Both the position numbers and the translations under genes were made by a program. From the NCBI GenBank assembly GCA_050330055.1, contig JBHJOF010000004.1:1-53003 (forward strand): a stretch of 53,003 nucleotides of DNA, written 5' to 3'. Origin of the DNA: Kiloniellales bacterium (GTDB lineage: Bacteria > Pseudomonadota > Alphaproteobacteria > Kiloniellales > JAKSDN01). Position 1 is the stretch's first letter; each line of letters starts with the position of its first letter. Under the pieces are notes generated by a model. That model saw only the letters and a list, made by a program, of their open reading frames with translations. It had not been told where the DNA came from and did no database searches. Shown here piece by piece: positions 20,821 to 28,797 of the stretch.

Positions 20821-21429
20821 ATGACTCGGATGGGCCAGACATTTGCCGGCGCGCTCTTCGCGCTCTCGCTGTCGGCATCGGGCGCGGCGCTCGCGGCCGA
20901 GACCTACGGCTTCGACGTGGGACACACCGAGATCAGGTTCGTGTGGAACCACGCCGGCATCTCGACCCAGTCGGGCGAGTTTCGCGCGTTCGACGGCAGC
21001 GTGACCTGGGACCGCGAGAACCTGGCCAACAGCAAGGTCGAGGTCACCATCCCCGCCTCCAGCATCGATACGGGCGTAAGCGCCCTCGACGATCATCTGA
21101 AGGCCGGCGACTTCTTCGACGTGGAGAATCATCCCGAGATCACCTTCACGAGCACCGAGGTCAGGCAGAGCGGAGTCGACCGCGGCATCGTCACCGGCGA
21201 CCTGACCATCCGCGGCGTTACCAAGCCGGTCACGCTCGACGTCGCCCTGGTGTTCGACGACGAGCATCCCTTCGCTGCCTTCATGCCGAACTACGAGGGC
21301 GCCCACTATGCCGGATTCTCGGCGCGAGGCCGGGTGCTGCGCAGCGACTTCGGCCTCGACCGCGGCGTTCCGCTGGTCTCGGACTGGATCGACATCGTGA
21401 TCGAGACCGAGATGCGGCGACAGGACTAG
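20821..21429 (+). CDS. YceI family periplasmic protein (copy 2)
   Basis: Signal peptide ALFALSLSASGAALA, then HTEIRFVWNHAGISTQSGEFRAFDG...GDLTIRGVTKPVTLDV. Confidence 0.85.
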   Translation: MTRMGQTFAGALFALSLSASGAALAAETYGFDVGHTEIRFVWNHAGISTQSGEFRAFDGSVTWDRENLANSKVEVTIPASSIDTGVSALDDHLKAGDFFDVENHPEITFTSTEVRQSGVDRGIVTGDLTIRGVTKPVTLDVALVFDDEHPFAAFMPNYEGAHYAGFSARGRVLRSDFGLDRGVPLVSDWIDIVIETEMRRQD

Positions 21430-21483
21430 ACTGACGGAAAGGGGTTCTCCAATCTGGGCCCAAAATCGTGGGGAGGAACGTCC

Positions 21484-21924
21484 ATGTTGCGCGGTGCGAT
21501 GTCGGTCTTCGCCGCCGGCTGCCTTGGCGGCCTGGCAACCATTCTGACCGTCTGGCTCTGCGGAGCGCTCGGCATAACCGGCGCCCTAGGTGTCGCCATC
21601 GCGCCGCCCTTGACGCCCGACCTGCTCTACCGGCCGATCGTCTGGGGTGGGATCTGGGGTTTCCTCTTCCTGCTACCGCTGCTGCCGGGCAAGCCCTGGC
21701 TGAGGGGCCTGCTGTTCGGCCTGGGCCCATCGCTGGGTCAGCTCCTGATCGTGTTTCCGGTCAAGACCGACGCCGGCGCGCTCGGCCTCGGCCTCGGCGC
21801 TCTGACGCCGCTCTTCGTGCTGCTGTTCAACTCGGTCTGGGGCCTGGTCACCGCCGGTCTGCTGGAGGCGGCCGGTCGGGCTGCCGCGCCGGGCGCCACG
21901 CGACGGCCGCGCGCTGCGCAGTGA
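21484..21924 (+). CDS. uncharacterised 4-TM membrane protein (paralogue 1)
   Basis: 146 aa and hydrophobic, with the blocks GITGALGVAIAPPLTP, VWGGIWGFLFLLPLL and FGLGPSLGQLLIVFPVKT. I cannot assign a family. Confidence 0.6.
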   Translation: MLRGAMSVFAAGCLGGLATILTVWLCGALGITGALGVAIAPPLTPDLLYRPIVWGGIWGFLFLLPLLPGKPWLRGLLFGLGPSLGQLLIVFPVKTDAGALGLGLGALTPLFVLLFNSVWGLVTAGLLEAAGRAAAPGATRRPRAAQ

Positions 21925-22000
21925 CTTCTGCCTGGTGCAAGGCGTGCTGCCGGTCTCGGACGGGATCGAGATCGAGACGGAGATGAGGCGGCAGGTCTAG
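21923..22000 (+). pseudogene. relic of a yceI 3-prime end carried by a tandem duplication
   Basis: gacttctgcctggtgcaaggcgtgctgccggtctcggacgggatcgagatcgagacggagatgaggcggcaggtctag aligns with the last 28 codons of yceI copy 2 (21346-21429, SDFGLDRGVPLVSDWIDIVIETEMRRQD*) with a 2-codon gap. There is no upstream reading frame. Confidence 0.6.
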
Positions 22001-22046
22001 ACTGCCGCGAACGGCCCGCGACCACGGGCCCAAAGCGGGGGGAGAA

Positions 22047-22469
22047 ATGTCCTTGCTGTCCCGCGCCATGCTGGCCTTCGCGGCCGGCTGCGGCGGCGCT
22101 CTCGTCAACAGCCTTGCCGCCTGGCTGTTCGGCCTGCTCGGCATAACCGCCGCTCTGGGCGTGGCCATCGCGCCGGCCCTGACGCCCGAATGGCTTTATC
22201 CGCGCCTGGTCTGGGGCGGGCTCTGGGGCTTCCTCTTCCTGTTGCCGCTGCTGCGCGGCAGGCCCTGGCCGGCCGGCCTGCTGTTCGGCCTCGGGCCCGC
22301 GCTGGTGCAGCTCCTGGTCGTCTTCCCGGTCAAGACCGAGGCCGGCATCCTGGGGCTCGGCCTCGGTTCGCTGACACCGCTCTTCGTGCTGCTGCTCGCC
22401 GCGATCTGGGGCCTGGCGACCGCCGCCCTGCTGGCGCGGACGGAGTGGTCAGCCCGCTCGGCCCCCTGA
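22047..22469 (+). CDS. uncharacterised 4-TM membrane protein (paralogue 2)
   Basis: 140 aa and collinear with paralogue 1 (GITAALGVAIAPALTP, VWGGLWGFLFLLPLL, FGLGPALVQLLVVFPVKT). The ATG at 22047 follows GGGGGGAG. Confidence 0.6.
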   Translation: MSLLSRAMLAFAAGCGGALVNSLAAWLFGLLGITAALGVAIAPALTPEWLYPRLVWGGLWGFLFLLPLLRGRPWPAGLLFGLGPALVQLLVVFPVKTEAGILGLGLGSLTPLFVLLLAAIWGLATAALLARTEWSARSAP

Positions 22470-22623
22470 CCCCCTGCTTGACCCTGGGGCCGGGCGGCCG
22501 GTAAGGTCGGCCGCATGATGCGTCCCCTGTTCGCCAAGAGCCTGCGAATTAGCGACCCGGCGCCCTTCGGGCTGCCGGGAACCGCCGTTTCGCCGCTCTT
22601 TGCCGAACAGGAGGCCGCGTGCC

Positions 22624-22971
22624 ATGACTGCTGCTAGTCCGACTCAGCCACAAGTCGTCCCTCGATCAAGCCTCGCCGCACGTTCCGCTGCGCCGCCGCC
22701 CCTTGTTGCCCCGCAGACTCGCGTGTTCTGCTTCTCGATCCTGGCCGAGGCCGATCCCGGCGTGCTGCCGCGCGTCCTGGCGCTTTTCGCCAAGCGCGGA
22801 CAGGTGCCGCGGCGCTGGGTCAGCGACCGGGTCGGGCCGGGCGGCCGCGAGCTGGCGGTCGACCTGCAGGTCGAGGGCCTGACGGCGCCGCTCGCCGACT
22901 ACATCGCCCGTTGCCTGCGCCAGGTGCCCTGCGTCACCCTGGTGCTGACGTCCGAGAAGCTGACCGCATGA
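22624..22971 (+). CDS. small hypothetical protein with an ACT-like C-terminal half
   Basis: The ATG at 22624 lies 9 nt after AGGAGG. FCFSILAEADPGVLPRVLALFAKRG resembles the first beta-alpha unit of ACT domains (AHAS small subunit type). The stop overlaps the next start (ATGA). Confidence 0.45.
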   Translation: MTAASPTQPQVVPRSSLAARSAAPPPLVAPQTRVFCFSILAEADPGVLPRVLALFAKRGQVPRRWVSDRVGPGGRELAVDLQVEGLTAPLADYIARCLRQVPCVTLVLTSEKLTA

Positions 22972-23819
22972 GCCTGCTCGACCGCGTCCGCGCCTGCCAC
23001 GGCTGGGACCCGGAGGCCTATCGGCCCTTCCTGGTCGCCGGCCGGCCGGTGGGCCGGGTGCGGCACGAGTTCACCGAGCGCCTGGCCGACTTCGGCCGCA
23101 CCTTCGCGGTCGAGAACGGCGCGGTCAGCCTCGACCCGGCGCTGGGCAGCTTCGAGGAGCGCAGCGCCGCCCTGGCCGAGGTGCTGGCGAGGCTGCGCGC
23201 CGAAGGCGGCGTGCCGGGCTGGCGCGGCGAGCCCTATCCGGTGGTCCGGTCCTGGGGCGAGACGCCGCTCATGCAGATCGAGCGCGCCGCCGTGCCGCTG
23301 TTCGGCGTGCGCGGCTTCGGCGTGCACCTGAACGGCTTCGTCGAGACGCCGAACGGCCTCGAGATGTGGATCGGCAAGCGCGCCATGAGCAAGCCGACCG
23401 GTCCCGGCAAGCTCGACCACCTGGCCGCCGGCGGGCAGCCGCACGGCCTCGGCATCCGCGAGAACATGATCAAGGAGTGCCAGGAGGAGGCCGGCATGGC
23501 GCCAAAGCTGGCCGCGCGCGTCGTGCCGGTCGGCACCGTCTCCTACCGCTGCGCGCGGCGCGAGGGCCTGCGCGACGACGTGCTCTTCTGCTTCGACCTG
23601 GAAGTGCCGCCCGACTTCGAGCCGCGCAACACAGACGGCGAGGTCGAGGCCTTCTACCGCTGGCCGATCGCCCGCGTGATCGAGACCCTGAAGGAAGGCG
23701 ACGCCTTCAAGTTCAACGTCGCCCTCGTCATCATCGACTTCCTGGTGCGCCGCGGCCTGCTCGACCCCGACGATCCCGACTACAGCGCGATCGTGGAGGG
23801 GTTGAGGTTGGGACGCTAA
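22968..23819 (+). CDS. NUDIX hydrolase family protein
   Basis: From the ATG at 22968 (MSLLDRVRACHG). The Nudix box region is GGQPHGLGIRENMIKECQEEAG (GX5EX7REUXEEXGU pattern). Confidence 0.75.
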   Translation: MSLLDRVRACHGWDPEAYRPFLVAGRPVGRVRHEFTERLADFGRTFAVENGAVSLDPALGSFEERSAALAEVLARLRAEGGVPGWRGEPYPVVRSWGETPLMQIERAAVPLFGVRGFGVHLNGFVETPNGLEMWIGKRAMSKPTGPGKLDHLAAGGQPHGLGIRENMIKECQEEAGMAPKLAARVVPVGTVSYRCARREGLRDDVLFCFDLEVPPDFEPRNTDGEVEAFYRWPIARVIETLKEGDAFKFNVALVIIDFLVRRGLLDPDDPDYSAIVEGLRLGR

Positions 23820-23838
23820 GCGGGCACCAAGGTGCACC

Positions 23839-24324
23839 ATGATCGAAGTTGTCGAGCATGCGGCGGACAAGCGATTCATCTGTCGCGACATCCTGGACGA
23901 TCTGCCCGAATGGTTCGGCATTGCTGAAGCCAAGGACGCATTTGTCGAGGCCGTGGCTGCGCTGCCCATGCTTGCCTGCCGACGCGATGGGCAAGTGGTC
24001 GGCTTCCTTTCGATCAAGCAACACACCGCCTCAGCCGCGGAAGTCTATGTCATAGGAGTGAAGCGGCGCTGGCACAGGCGAGGCTGCGGACGGGGCCTCC
24101 TTGTGGAATGCGAGCGATGGGCGCTGGACCGCGACATCGCCCTCCTTACTGTCAAGACGCTCGCGCCGGCCAATCCCGATCCAAACTACGCTGCGACGCG
24201 CAAGTTCTATGAAGCTTTCGGCTTCCTCCCGATTGAGGTGTTCCCCACCCTATGGGACTCTCGGAACCCTTGTCTCCTCATGGTCAAGCCGCTGCGGGCT
24301 GTGGAGACAAACAGCAAGGGATGA
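23839..24324 (+). CDS. GNAT family N-acetyltransferase
   Basis: The acetyl-CoA motif is VIGVKRRWHRRGCGRGLL (Q/RxxGxG/A), and FYEAFGF lies near the C-terminus. Confidence 0.75.
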   Translation: MIEVVEHAADKRFICRDILDDLPEWFGIAEAKDAFVEAVAALPMLACRRDGQVVGFLSIKQHTASAAEVYVIGVKRRWHRRGCGRGLLVECERWALDRDIALLTVKTLAPANPDPNYAATRKFYEAFGFLPIEVFPTLWDSRNPCLLMVKPLRAVETNSKG

Positions 24325-24363
24325 TGTCCGGCCGCCGAGCTCCCCGCGTCGGTCAATCCTCTT

Positions 24364-24476
24364 CATTGTCATCCTCGGGCGCAGCGAAGCGGAGACCCGA
24401 GGATCCATGGCGCAACAAACCCTGGATCCTCGGATCGGCGTACTGCTTACGCGGCGCTTGTCCGAGGATGACAAGG
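24364..24476. repeat. nested palindromic MITE/REP-like element (family C relative)
   Basis: The outer arms are cattgtcatcctcgg / ccgaggatgacaagg. The inner arms are ccgaggatccatgg / cctggatcctcgg. Confidence 0.55.
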
Positions 24477-24501
24477 GGTGCAGGGGCCAGCCATAGCAAC
24501 G

Positions 24502-25341
24502 TTAGTCGGAAAACCCCGCCATCGCCCACACCTCGGCCGGCGACTTGCCGGCCTGGTGCAGGGCGCGGATCGAGAGAGCGTCGTGGCGCTTGGCGAGGCG
24601 CTGGCCGCGTTCGTCGGTCAGCAGGTCGTGGTGGTGCCAGTCGGGGACCGGCAGGCCGAGCAGGGCCTGCAGCAGGCGGTGGACGTGGGTGGCGTGGAAC
24701 AGGTCGCGGCCGCGCGTAACCAACGTGACGCCCTGCAGCGCGTCGTCGACCGTAACCGCCAGATGATAGCTGGTCGGCGTCTCCTTGCGCGCCAGCACCA
24801 CGTCGCCGAGCGATTGCGGGTCAGCCGTAATCTCACCCTCCCCCAAATCGCGCCACGTCAATGGCCCAGCGATCTCCATGGCACGCGCCACGTCGAGGCG
24901 CAGGGCGTGCGTGTCGCCGGCGGCGATGCGCGACTCGCGCTGATCGGTCGTCAGCCCGTGGCAGGTCCTGGGATAGAGCGGGCCGTCGGGGCCGTGCGGC
25001 GCCTGGCCGGCGCGGGCGATCTCGGCCTGGATGTCGGCGCGGGTGCAGAAGCAGGGATAGATCACGCCCAGAGCTGCCAGCTTGTCGAGCGCTTCGCGGT
25101 AGCCAGCGAAGTGGTCCGACTGGCGCCGCACCGGCTCCTCCCAGGCGAGGCCGAGCCAGGCCAGGTCTTCGAGGATCGCCGCCTCGAACGCGGGACGGCT
25201 GCGGCCTTGGTCGATGTCCTCGATGCGCAGCAGGAAGCGGCCCTCCGCGCCCGCCGCGCGCGCGGCGAAGAGCGCCGAATGGGCGTGGCCCAGGTGCAGG
25301 TAGCCCGAGGGCGACGGCGCGAATCGCGTGACGATGGTCAT
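24502..25341 (-). CDS. gluQ: tRNA glutamyl-Q(34) synthetase
   Basis: MTIVTRFAPSPSGYLHLGHAHSALF carries the class I HIGH motif. The 279-aa truncated GluRS-like length is typical of GluQRS. Confidence 0.85.
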   Translation of the reverse strand: MTIVTRFAPSPSGYLHLGHAHSALFAARAAGAEGRFLLRIEDIDQGRSRPAFEAAILEDLAWLGLAWEEPVRRQSDHFAGYREALDKLAALGVIYPCFCTRADIQAEIARAGQAPHGPDGPLYPRTCHGLTTDQRESRIAAGDTHALRLDVARAMEIAGPLTWRDLGEGEITADPQSLGDVVLARKETPTSYHLAVTVDDALQGVTLVTRGRDLFHATHVHRLLQALLGLPVPDWHHHDLLTDERGQRLAKRHDALSIRALHQAGKSPAEVWAMAGFSD

Positions 25342-25684
25342 GGCGCTGGCACTACGGCAAGCTCGCGCCGAAGTCCACTGCTCTGATGCCGAGGGGGCGC
25401 GTATCGCTCTGTGGAGCCACTGCGTTCACACATCTCGCGCGGCGGTCTCGCTACGCCTATACGCGCAACACTGTCGTCCCGGGGCTTGTCCCCGGGACCC
25501 AATGACGCTAGTGCAGAGCGATGGTCCACCACGTGCATTTCCTCGCCACCCGCAAGCACGGCGCGCTCCGTATCGGCGCCGATTGAACGGCCAGGCCATT
25601 GGGTCCCGGCAACAAGTGCCGGGACGACAGCCTCGGGACACCACCATCCGCGTCAGTTTGGAGGGAAATGGGTACCATCCAGCC

Positions 25685-26323
25685 ATGACCACTGCCCCGC
25701 CCGACCTGAGCCTGCGCCCGGCGCTGGAGGCGCTGGCGGCGCGCGATGCGGATTTCGCGCGCGCCTATGCGAGCTGCGGCCTGCCGCCGGTCAGGCGCCA
25801 GGTGCCGGGCTTCGCCGGGCTGCTCAAGATCATCACGGCGCAGCAGGTCTCGGCCGCCTCGGCGCGCGCCATCATCGGCCGGCTCGACCAGGCGGTACGG
25901 CGCCTGACGCCGCGCAGCTTTCTCAAGCTCAGCGACGACGACCTGCGCGCCATCGGCTTCAGCCGGGCCAAGATGCGTTACGGCCGCGCGCTGGCCGAGG
26001 CGGTGCTGAAGAAGGAGATCGACTTTGCCGAAGTCGAACGGCTCGACGACGAGGACGCCATCGCGCACCTGACCGGCGCCGTCGGGGTCGGCCGCTGGAG
26101 CGCCGAGGTTTATCTGCTGTTCGCGCTGCAGCGGCCAGACATCTGGCCGGTCGGCGACCTGGCGGTGCGGGTCGCGGCCCAGCGCCTGAAAGCGCTGCCG
26201 GCGCAGCCGTCACCCGGGGAGATGCTGGACCTCGGCGAGCCCTGGCGGCCCTACCGCAGCGCCGCCGCCCGCTTCCTCTGGCACTTCTACCGCCACCCTG
26301 GCGTGCCCCTGGGGGACAACTGA
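25685..26323 (+). CDS. DNA-3-methyladenine glycosylase II family (HhH-GPD)
   Basis: From the ATG at 25685 (MTTAPPDLSLRP). HhH region LRAIGFSRAKMRYGRALA and GVGRWSAEVYLLFAL..PDIWPVGDLA containing the catalytic Asp. Confidence 0.8.
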   Translation: MTTAPPDLSLRPALEALAARDADFARAYASCGLPPVRRQVPGFAGLLKIITAQQVSAASARAIIGRLDQAVRRLTPRSFLKLSDDDLRAIGFSRAKMRYGRALAEAVLKKEIDFAEVERLDDEDAIAHLTGAVGVGRWSAEVYLLFALQRPDIWPVGDLAVRVAAQRLKALPAQPSPGEMLDLGEPWRPYRSAAARFLWHFYRHPGVPLGDN

Positions 26324-26356
26324 GGAGGGGATGGCTGACAGCTTCCATATCTGCTA

Positions 26357-27184
26357 ATGGTGCATGAAATTGCAACGAATCCGCAGCGCTGGCCAAAGGT
26401 CGGGATGGTCGAGATACCCTTCTACTACCGCCTGGGAGCACCCGCGGTTGCTCCCGGCACGGAGCTGTCGCCGGCCCTTACCCTGGCCCTGCCGCTGCTC
26501 TTTGTCGCCGCGCCGATCGCCACATTCCTTGCCGCACCGGACTATGAGATCTATGCGCGCTGGTTCGTCGGCGAGCACGCCTTTATCGAGATCGTGACCG
26601 TGCTCGTCGCTCTCTGGGGCCTGTGCCATGCGGTTCGAGCGCTGCGGCAAAGGGCGCTGTTCCCGAGACGGTTTCTTGCGGTGTGGATGGGCCTTTTCGC
26701 CGTCGGCTTCATCTATATCGCCGGCGAAGAAGCAAGCTGGGGTCAGCATTGGCTGGGCTTCGCGACGCCGGACTGGCTGGAGTCCCTCAATCGACAGGGC
26801 GAAGTCAACATACACAACCTAACGAAGGCCGGGGATCGCCTGCCCAAGACACTGATAGGCGCCGCCCTCGTGGTCGGCGGCCTGCTCGGACCGCTTTTCT
26901 TCCGCTGGCGTGGCATTCGCTTCGGCGGGCCGGACGACTGGCGCTGGTGGATCTGGCCGACGGCGGGAATCACGCCGCTCGCGGCGATCTTCCTGGTGGT
27001 CTGGATATGTGACAGGACCGCGGTCCAGCTCGAAATCCCGCCCGAGAGGGGAGGCGACCTCGGCGATCAGGAGATCAGGGAACTGCTGCTCGCCTACTTC
27101 CTCATGCTCTATTGTTTCTCGATCGATCGGCGGCTGTCGCTCCTACGCGGGGTGGACAAGGCGAGGAAGAGCCTGGCCGTCTAG
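26357..27184 (+). CDS. hypothetical multi-pass membrane protein
   Basis: Several hydrophobic segments and the motif IAGEEASWGQHWLG. I recognise no family, and the start codon is uncertain (26357 or 26405). Confidence 0.45.
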   Translation: MVHEIATNPQRWPKVGMVEIPFYYRLGAPAVAPGTELSPALTLALPLLFVAAPIATFLAAPDYEIYARWFVGEHAFIEIVTVLVALWGLCHAVRALRQRALFPRRFLAVWMGLFAVGFIYIAGEEASWGQHWLGFATPDWLESLNRQGEVNIHNLTKAGDRLPKTLIGAALVVGGLLGPLFFRWRGIRFGGPDDWRWWIWPTAGITPLAAIFLVVWICDRTAVQLEIPPERGGDLGDQEIRELLLAYFLMLYCFSIDRRLSLLRGVDKARKSLAV

Positions 27185-27197
27185 CGGGGGCGCCGCT

Positions 27198-27683
27198 CTA
27201 GGCCAGCCGCTCCTCCAGCGTCGTCAGGTAGGTCCAGTAGACCGGGTCGGAATCGCGCGTGCCGTAGCGGTCGTAGAAGGCCTGGGCCGCACTGTTCTGC
27301 TGCATGACCTGCCAGGCGATCCAGGCCGCGTCGTGATCGCGTGCGGCCCGCGCCAGGGCGGCCAGGAGGGCACGGCCGGCGCCGGCGCGGCGCGCCTGCG
27401 GCTCGACGTAGAGGTCGTCCATCCAGAGCCCGGCGGTCGCCGTCTCGCTGTCGAAGGCACGGTGGAAGAGGATATAGCCGACCGCCTGGCCGCCCGACTC
27501 GGCGATCAGCGCGTGGATCAGCGGCGCGGCGCAGAAGCAGTAGCGCGCCAGGTGCGCCTCGGTCAGCGCGCTTCGGCGGCTGACGTCGCCGACCAGATCG
27601 GCCTCGAAGGCGGTCAGGGCCGCCGCCATCTCGACCAGCTGGGCGGCGTCGCGCGCTTCGGCGGGGCGGACAATGACAGGCAC
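27198..27683 (-). CDS. GNAT family N-acetyltransferase
   Basis: The C-terminal 161 aa of ORF 27198..28031: VPVIVRPAEARDAAQLVEM...LYVEPQARRAGAGRALL...FYDRYG. The GTG at 27683 is a tentative start. Confidence 0.65.
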   Translation of the reverse strand: MPVIVRPAEARDAAQLVEMAAALTAFEADLVGDVSRRSALTEAHLARYCFCAAPLIHALIAESGGQAVGYILFHRAFDSETATAGLWMDDLYVEPQARRAGAGRALLAALARAARDHDAAWIAWQVMQQNSAAQAFYDRYGTRDSDPVYWTYLTTLEERLA

Positions 27684-27726
27684 GATCTGATCCGGAACTG
27701 GCAAGGATAGGTCGCAGGCGCGCCCC

Positions 27727-27768
27727 GTGACGAGGCCTGAGTGACGAGGACTGAGTGACGAGGGCTGA
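27727..27768. repeat. three tandem copies of a 14-bp unit gtgacgagg(c/a/g)ctga
   Basis: Read directly: gtgacgaggcctga gtgacgaggactga gtgacgagggctga. They lie in the divergent gap between the GNAT and carboxylesterase genes. Confidence 0.85.
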
Positions 27769-27834
27769 CGGCCGGCAGCCGATCCTATAAGAGAGTGGGC
27801 CTGCTTTGGAAGCGACCGTGAAACGGGAGACGCC

Positions 27835-28503
27835 ATGGCGATCGCCGACCTCTTTCGGCTCCAGGGACCACGCCTCGGGCCGGCGGCCGGCGGACAGCCG
27901 CGCGAGCTGGTAGTGCTGCTGCACGGCCTGGGCGCCGACGGCAACGACCTGATCGAGCTGGCGCCGCACCTGGCGCGCAGCCTGCCGCACGCCGCCTTCG
28001 TCTCGCCCGACGCGCCCTTTCCCTGCGACATGGCGCCCTATGGCCGGCAGTGGTTCTCGCTGCAGGAGCGCCACCCCGAGGCCATGCTGGGCGGCGCCCG
28101 CATGGCAGCGCCGATCCTGGACGGCTTCCTGGACGACGAGCTGGCGCGCCACAAGCTGGGCGACGAGCGCCTGGCCCTGGTCGGCTTCTCCCAGGGCACC
28201 ATGATGGCGCTGCACGTCGCCCTGCGCCGGGCCCGGCCCTGCGCCCGGCTGGTCGGCTTCTCCGGCCTGCTGATCGGTGCCGATGTGCTGGGCGAGGAGA
28301 TCAGGAGCCGGCCGCCGGTGCTGCTGGTCCATGGCGACGCCGACGAGATCGTGCCGGTCCAGGCCCTGCCGGCGGCGGTCAAAGCCCTGGAGGCCAACCA
28401 GGTGCCGGTCACCGCCGAAGTGCGACCCGGCCTGGGCCACGGCATCGACCCGCAGGGCCTGGCCCTGGCGGTACAGGCCCTGGAGGCGGCTTTCGCGCCC
28501 TGA
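27835..28503 (+). CDS. phospholipase/carboxylesterase family alpha/beta hydrolase
   Basis: LVVLLHGLGADGNDL, the nucleophile elbow GFSQGTMMAL, and the distal VLLVHGDADEIVP and GLGHGI. Confidence 0.8.
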   Translation: MAIADLFRLQGPRLGPAAGGQPRELVVLLHGLGADGNDLIELAPHLARSLPHAAFVSPDAPFPCDMAPYGRQWFSLQERHPEAMLGGARMAAPILDGFLDDELARHKLGDERLALVGFSQGTMMALHVALRRARPCARLVGFSGLLIGADVLGEEIRSRPPVLLVHGDADEIVPVQALPAAVKALEANQVPVTAEVRPGLGHGIDPQGLALAVQALEAAFAP

Positions 28504-28562
28504 TTCGCCGCTAGCCTGGGACCTCTTGCGAGACTGCCCTTGCGTCGCGGACGCTCCGCTGT

Positions 28563-28678
28563 GCGGCCTTCGAGACGGCCGCGTCGCGGCCTCCTCAGGC
28601 TGAGGATAAACCTTTGATGCCAAACACGGTCTCGCCTCCCCCTGAGGAGCGGGCGAAGCCCGCGTCCCGAAGGGCGCA
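28563..28678. repeat. MITE/REP-like imperfect inverted repeat (family D)
   Basis: The left arm gcggccttcgagacggccgcgtcgcggcctcctcagg matches the reverse complement of the right arm, gcgccttcgggacgcgggcttcgcccgctcctcagg. Confidence 0.5.
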
Positions 28679-28797
28679 GGATGGCCGTGCAGCCCACTCT
28701 CGGGCTTGAATGCCCTCCGTGACAGGCCGGTTAAGTTTGCTGCGGCGCAAATTCAAGATGTTGTGTTTGCCGGGCCGCTCAAGTATCACATGGCTGG

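Noticed and set aside
24101-24719. ORFs 24101..24496 and 24252..24719 as small proteins
   Set aside because: They are translations across the 24364-24476 palindromic element and the antisense strand of gluQ. They have no start context or recognisable domain.
25328-25684. N-terminal 119-aa extension of the glycosylase ORF, overlapping the gluQ start
   Set aside because: The extension crosses a REP-like hairpin and has no similarity to HhH-GPD proteins. The conserved protein begins at the ATG at 25685.
27727-27768. Possible CRISPR array
   Set aside because: There are three directly abutting 14-bp units with no spacers. Nothing else in the window has the repeat-spacer periodicity of a CRISPR array.
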